A stretch of 64,000 nucleotides of DNA, taken from positions 800,001 to 864,000 of the forward strand of contig OY970212.1 of NCBI GenBank assembly GCA_963713925.1, given 5' to 3'. This DNA comes from an uncultured bacterium (lineage in GTDB: Bacteria > Babelota > Babeliae > Babelales > Vermiphilaceae). The notes under the pieces were generated by a model. The model did not search any database and was not told the DNA's origin. It worked only from the letters and a program-made list of their open reading frames with translations. The first letter of the stretch is position 1. Every line of letters starts with the position of its first letter. The translations under genes were made by a program, and so were the position numbers. Of this stretch, positions 60,179 to 64,000 are shown one piece after another.

Positions 60179-60970
60179 TTAAGCAATACGCTCAATCACT
60201 AATTGGGCTGTTGATATCGGAGATTTATAAAAAAGCAACCCCGGATCCAAGAAAAAAGTAGTTTGCAATTCAATGGATAGCTTATCTCCTGCATTGATCG
60301 CAACTATACATGTCCCAAATGAATTGCTTGGCAATCTCGGAAAAAGGTTGTCATTTAGAACAACAGTGTTATTGACCTGAGTTATTGGCGTACCGTTAAT
60401 TGCTAATATACTACTAAGAATATCTGATGCAGCTGGAATCGAACTACCAGTGAAGGACGTACCAGATACACTCCATGATACAAAGTAAATTCCCGTCTCC
60501 GGACAAATAAGATTACCGTTAGAACCAGATTCAATAACCCAATTTGAAGAGGCATCAAATGGAACAAAGGCTATATCACCGGAGGTCAATGAATAAGCAT
60601 AATTGTCATCTTCTGCAGTTACATCTACACCTGTCGGCCCCGTTAAACCAATTGATCCCGTCGCTCCCTGCGCACCTCTCGCTCCCATTGCTCCGATTGA
60701 TCCATTAGCGCCAGTACTACCCTGCGCACACGGATTTAATCCTGAGTTCGGGGCATCAATAATGTCGCATACTTTCAAATCTCCATGAATGGTTACATTC
60801 CCGGAGACAAGCAATGATGGAGTTTTCAATGATTGTGTAACATATAAGTGTGATATGATTTGAACCGGATCAATTGATTTTTTTTGATTCTCTGAATCAT
60901 CTGCCTGCATGTATACAGAGATAGTCGTCACTAAAAATAATTGCACTACATTTCGTCTTGACATACTCAT
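60179..60970 (-). CDS. Collagen-like protein with BclA/C1q-like C-terminal domain
   Basis: Signal peptide, Gly-X-Y run (GSTGANGSIGAMGARGAQGATG...), TGIYFVSW, ends LVIERIA. Confidence 0.8.
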   Translation of the reverse strand: MSMSRRNVVQLFLVTTISVYMQADDSENQKKSIDPVQIISHLYVTQSLKTPSLLVSGNVTIHGDLKVCDIIDAPNSGLNPCAQGSTGANGSIGAMGARGAQGATGSIGLTGPTGVDVTAEDDNYAYSLTSGDIAFVPFDASSNWVIESGSNGNLICPETGIYFVSWSVSGTSFTGSSIPAASDILSSILAINGTPITQVNNTVVLNDNLFPRLPSNSFGTCIVAINAGDKLSIELQTTFFLDPGLLFYKSPISTAQLVIERIA

Positions 60971-60984
60971 TCCTTTAATTAAAA

Positions 60985-61836
60985 TTATGTGATTTGTTTA
61001 ATCACAAATCCTAAGCAAGTCGCGGAGGCCGCTGCGGGGGGGACAGGAAGTCTATCAACAGCAAATTCAAAAATAAGCGGTTCATTTGCCGTATAAAAAA
61101 TAATAGCTGTCCCTGTTGAAAGACCAATGTTTGCATCTGTTCCATTTCCAGTTACTTGTAATGATGTTGCACTCCCTGGAACCTCGACACCACTCAGCGT
61201 AATTCTGAAGGTACAAATAATAGGATTAGCATCACTACTATCAAGAGTCATAATCCATGAAACCGCATAAACACCCGAGCGAGGCGAAGTAAAAATGCCT
61301 GTCGTAGTATCCAAAGTCCAATCATTTAAAATGGATGGTGTTGTTGTGGGCGAAGGGTAGGAAAATGCATTAAATACAAGTGGCACTGATAGCGTTATTG
61401 AATTACTCGATTGGATGTAAGCATAGCTATCCAAGCCATTAAAAGGCGCCCCGCTCGCTCCATTTGATCCAGTCATACCAACAGACCCAGTTCCTCCCAT
61501 TGCCCCGGTAACTCCTGACGCTCCAGTCATTCCTGCTGAACAATTACAAGTATTTGACAAAATGAAGGTGCCATTGATATTTCCACATACTTTTAAATTA
61601 CCACATACTGTCGCATTTTTTAGAACGAGCAACGAATTTGCACGAAGAGATTGTTTTACCAATAAGTGAGCTATTGTCGAATAGTATATCTTTTTTGATG
61701 AATCAACTTTTTTGTCAGTCGAAGCGCTATAACGAAATTGTGAAAATATGCAGATTAATAATATCTTGAAACAAACAGATTGAAAACACTTCATAATTTT
61801 TATCCAGTTACTCTTAATTTTGGAATATTTTTGCAT
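60985..61836 (-). CDS. Collagen-like protein with BclA/C1q-like C-terminal domain
   Basis: GMTGASGVTGAMGGTG..., SGVYAVSW; start may be 61794. Confidence 0.8.
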   Translation of the reverse strand: MQKYSKIKSNWIKIMKCFQSVCFKILLICIFSQFRYSASTDKKVDSSKKIYYSTIAHLLVKQSLRANSLLVLKNATVCGNLKVCGNINGTFILSNTCNCSAGMTGASGVTGAMGGTGSVGMTGSNGASGAPFNGLDSYAYIQSSNSITLSVPLVFNAFSYPSPTTTPSILNDWTLDTTTGIFTSPRSGVYAVSWIMTLDSSDANPIICTFRITLSGVEVPGSATSLQVTGNGTDANIGLSTGTAIIFYTANEPLIFEFAVDRLPVPPAAASATCLGFVIKQIT

Positions 61837-62655
61837 TTAAGCAACACGTTCGATGGTAAGTTGAACTGACGCATTCGTAACACCTATACCAATGGCACTT
61901 AATAAGGTGTTCGCACCGCTCGATGTCCATTGAAAAACCAATGGCTCACCTGCTGTATAATTAATCAACGATACGGAATATACCTGATAAGGAGTGTTTG
62001 GATCAAGAGTTGAATTGACCATGCCGTTATTTCCTATAACAGAGCCATTAAGTAATAATTGGCTACTGATCACAAGTACTGTGCCACTCACACTTACCAT
62101 ACCCAATAATGCGAAGGTCACTAAATATGTCCCCGATTGGGAGTTGGAAAATGCTCCAGTGATATTATTATAGGTCCATCCATTAAGAATTGGCGTATTG
62201 CTAAACAAAATCGTTTGGTAGGAGTTTGGAGTTATTATTGGATCACTTCCGGTGTGATAGGCAAAAGCATAATTTGCACTGCTCAGATCCTGAGCATTCG
62301 GACCGGTTGCTCCCGTTGCACCCGTTGCTCCCGCTATGCCGATCGCACCAGTTAATCCCGCTGGACCTGTTGGTCCGGTCGCTCCGGTTGCGCATACAGT
62401 TCTACTTAATTGACCATAAATATTTCCGCATACTGTCAAATCACCACAGATGGTAACATTCCCTCCCACAAGCAACGATGCGGTACGAAATGAATTGGTG
62501 ACAAATAGATTGCGGATCACTTCACTATCCTTTCCACGCATAGAACTATGAGCATCATCACTTTGAACTGTGATAACAGTATCTCCAAGATCAATGGCAT
62601 GAAGATATTCAAGGAAGGCTAACAACAAAAAAAATCGATATGACATACGCTTCAT
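61837..62655 (-). CDS. Collagen-like protein with BclA/C1q-like C-terminal domain
   Basis: GATGPTGPAGLTGAIGIAGATGATGATGP, SGTYLVTF, ends ASVQLTIERVA. Confidence 0.85.
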   Translation of the reverse strand: MKRMSYRFFLLLAFLEYLHAIDLGDTVITVQSDDAHSSMRGKDSEVIRNLFVTNSFRTASLLVGGNVTICGDLTVCGNIYGQLSRTVCATGATGPTGPAGLTGAIGIAGATGATGATGPNAQDLSSANYAFAYHTGSDPIITPNSYQTILFSNTPILNGWTYNNITGAFSNSQSGTYLVTFALLGMVSVSGTVLVISSQLLLNGSVIGNNGMVNSTLDPNTPYQVYSVSLINYTAGEPLVFQWTSSGANTLLSAIGIGVTNASVQLTIERVA

Positions 62656-62927
62656 ATATTTTCCTATTTTTCATAATCTTTGTATTATTCATCACTATTT
62701 AGAAAATGTATCAAAGGTATATAAAACGCAATAAAAACAACATCTCTTTTTCTCATTTTTTGATGATATAAAAAAGATCTTGTGATCGTCAAAAAAAATG
62801 AGAGGCGATTTTAAAATCGTCTCTCATAAATAAAAAAATTATTTTTTCAGAAAATTACTGAGAATCTTTTTCAAGATCTGGCTCGTAATCTCCATATCGC
62901 TCGAAGAAATTTCCTTATTTTATACTC

Positions 62928-63485
62928 TCAGCGCCTATAAAGATTACCCGGTTTATTGCTTCGCACCAGAACGGGAACCCCTTGTGGATGGTCTCTTTTA
63001 ACTTCCGTATGAATTTCACTTCTTTTCACATCGGCGCTCTTTGGTATAAAATTCCTAATTTCCCCATAAATATAGGCACTGTCATAAGAGCTGTCATCGT
63101 CATCCACTTTTCCATCAATTTTATAAATGAATTTTTCATGAAGCAAATTTCTTCCCTGTATTTCTTCAAGCCTGGTCCCGTCTATCGTTTCTCTTCCAAC
63201 ATCATCTATGTAACGTAGGTTTACACACTTTCTTTCATACCATTTTTCCAGATCGTTAAATCTATGAGAAAAGGAATCTTTCGGTTTTACTGTAGCAATG
63301 TCAATCAAATCACCATTTGCATCACCAAGTTTTACTATAACCGTTCGATCTGTGTTATTATCAAATTTGACTGTACGAGGATCTTGTACGTTTTTTTTAT
63401 TTTTTGACAATTCGGCCGCACAAACTAAATGTGGACTCGCTATAAAAAAGCCACCTAATAGGCTTAAAACAACTATTTTTTTCAT
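62928..63485 (-). CDS. Hypothetical secreted protein
   Basis: MKKIVVLSLLGGFFIA signal; hairpin at 62798-62827 downstream. Confidence 0.7.
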   Translation of the reverse strand: MKKIVVLSLLGGFFIASPHLVCAAELSKNKKNVQDPRTVKFDNNTDRTVIVKLGDANGDLIDIATVKPKDSFSHRFNDLEKWYERKCVNLRYIDDVGRETIDGTRLEEIQGRNLLHEKFIYKIDGKVDDDDSSYDSAYIYGEIRNFIPKSADVKRSEIHTEVKRDHPQGVPVLVRSNKPGNLYRR

Positions 63486-63615
63486 GCCCTTATCCCTTAC
63501 CTAAATGGACCATATCAATTATTAATTATATAGTAAAAGAACGCATTAAATCAATGAATTTTAAACAATTTGAAATAAACAAAATGGGTCTCTGGCAGCT
63601 TCCCTGGGGAAATAT

Positions 63616-63939
63616 CTATTTCTCTTCGTATGTGCACACATACTCGGCACCGTTCCAGGCTCGATAGGTTAATCGAGGGAGATTGAGTTTTTGGCCTTTT
63701 TCATCTGTTAAGCTGGCAACATTATCTTTTTTTACACATTGGATAAAGCGCAGCACCACCCGGCGGTTAGACATGGGCTCATCATCTTGCAACACAACAC
63801 GTTGGCTACCATCTTCAAAGGTTTCTTGAATATCAACCGTCCATTCTCTCCACTGAGGATGTTCCGTTACCACCGGTTGCAATTGTTTTGCCTGGACAAT
63901 TACGGTTAAAAGACTCAAAAAGAGATAAAAACGTTTCAT
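63616..63939 (-). CDS. Hypothetical secreted protein
   Basis: GAGGA RBS; MKRFYLFLSLLTVIVQA signal. Confidence 0.7.
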   Translation of the reverse strand: MKRFYLFLSLLTVIVQAKQLQPVVTEHPQWREWTVDIQETFEDGSQRVVLQDDEPMSNRRVVLRFIQCVKKDNVASLTDEKGQKLNLPRLTYRAWNGAEYVCTYEEK

Positions 63940-64000
63940 TGCAAGTCCTCATTTATGGGGGTCCCCCATGTGCTGACATGGGGGTAATTTTATTTTAAAT

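Overview
64-kb AT-rich bacterial chromosomal segment. The gene mix suggests an intracellular protist parasite, most likely phylum Dependentiae (TM6/Babelota); this is inference, not verified. The mix includes many signal-peptide orphans, ankyrin, Skp1-like and F-box-like proteins, HspR, SpoVG and a reduced dcw remnant. Housekeeping genes: miaA, carD, dnaK, ychF, nagZ, hspR, htpX, maf, mutM, tRNA-Gln(TTG), spoVG, rsmH, murF, ftsK, uppP. Most notable accessory systems: (1) a 15-kb envelope locus (47.4-62.7 kb) with five tandem, separately terminated, cysteine-rich paralogues ending in a beta-barrel-type C-terminal signal, convergent with three BclA-like collagen fibre genes; (2) a signal-peptide polymorphic toxin with a CDI-type C-terminal nuclease plus immunity genes, inside a direct-repeat-bounded 5.2-kb island next to tRNA-Gln; (3) an operon of three exported proteins: a PEP-synthase-like dikinase, a partner and a HAD phosphatase; (4) secreted Skp1-like/beta-propeller and F-box-like candidate effectors; (5) a 1.6-kb non-coding region with helically phased repeats and GC-rich hairpins; (6) several families of dispersed palindromic repeats/MITEs, one of them translated as a protein tail. 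No CRISPR array, rRNA, integrase or transposase was seen.
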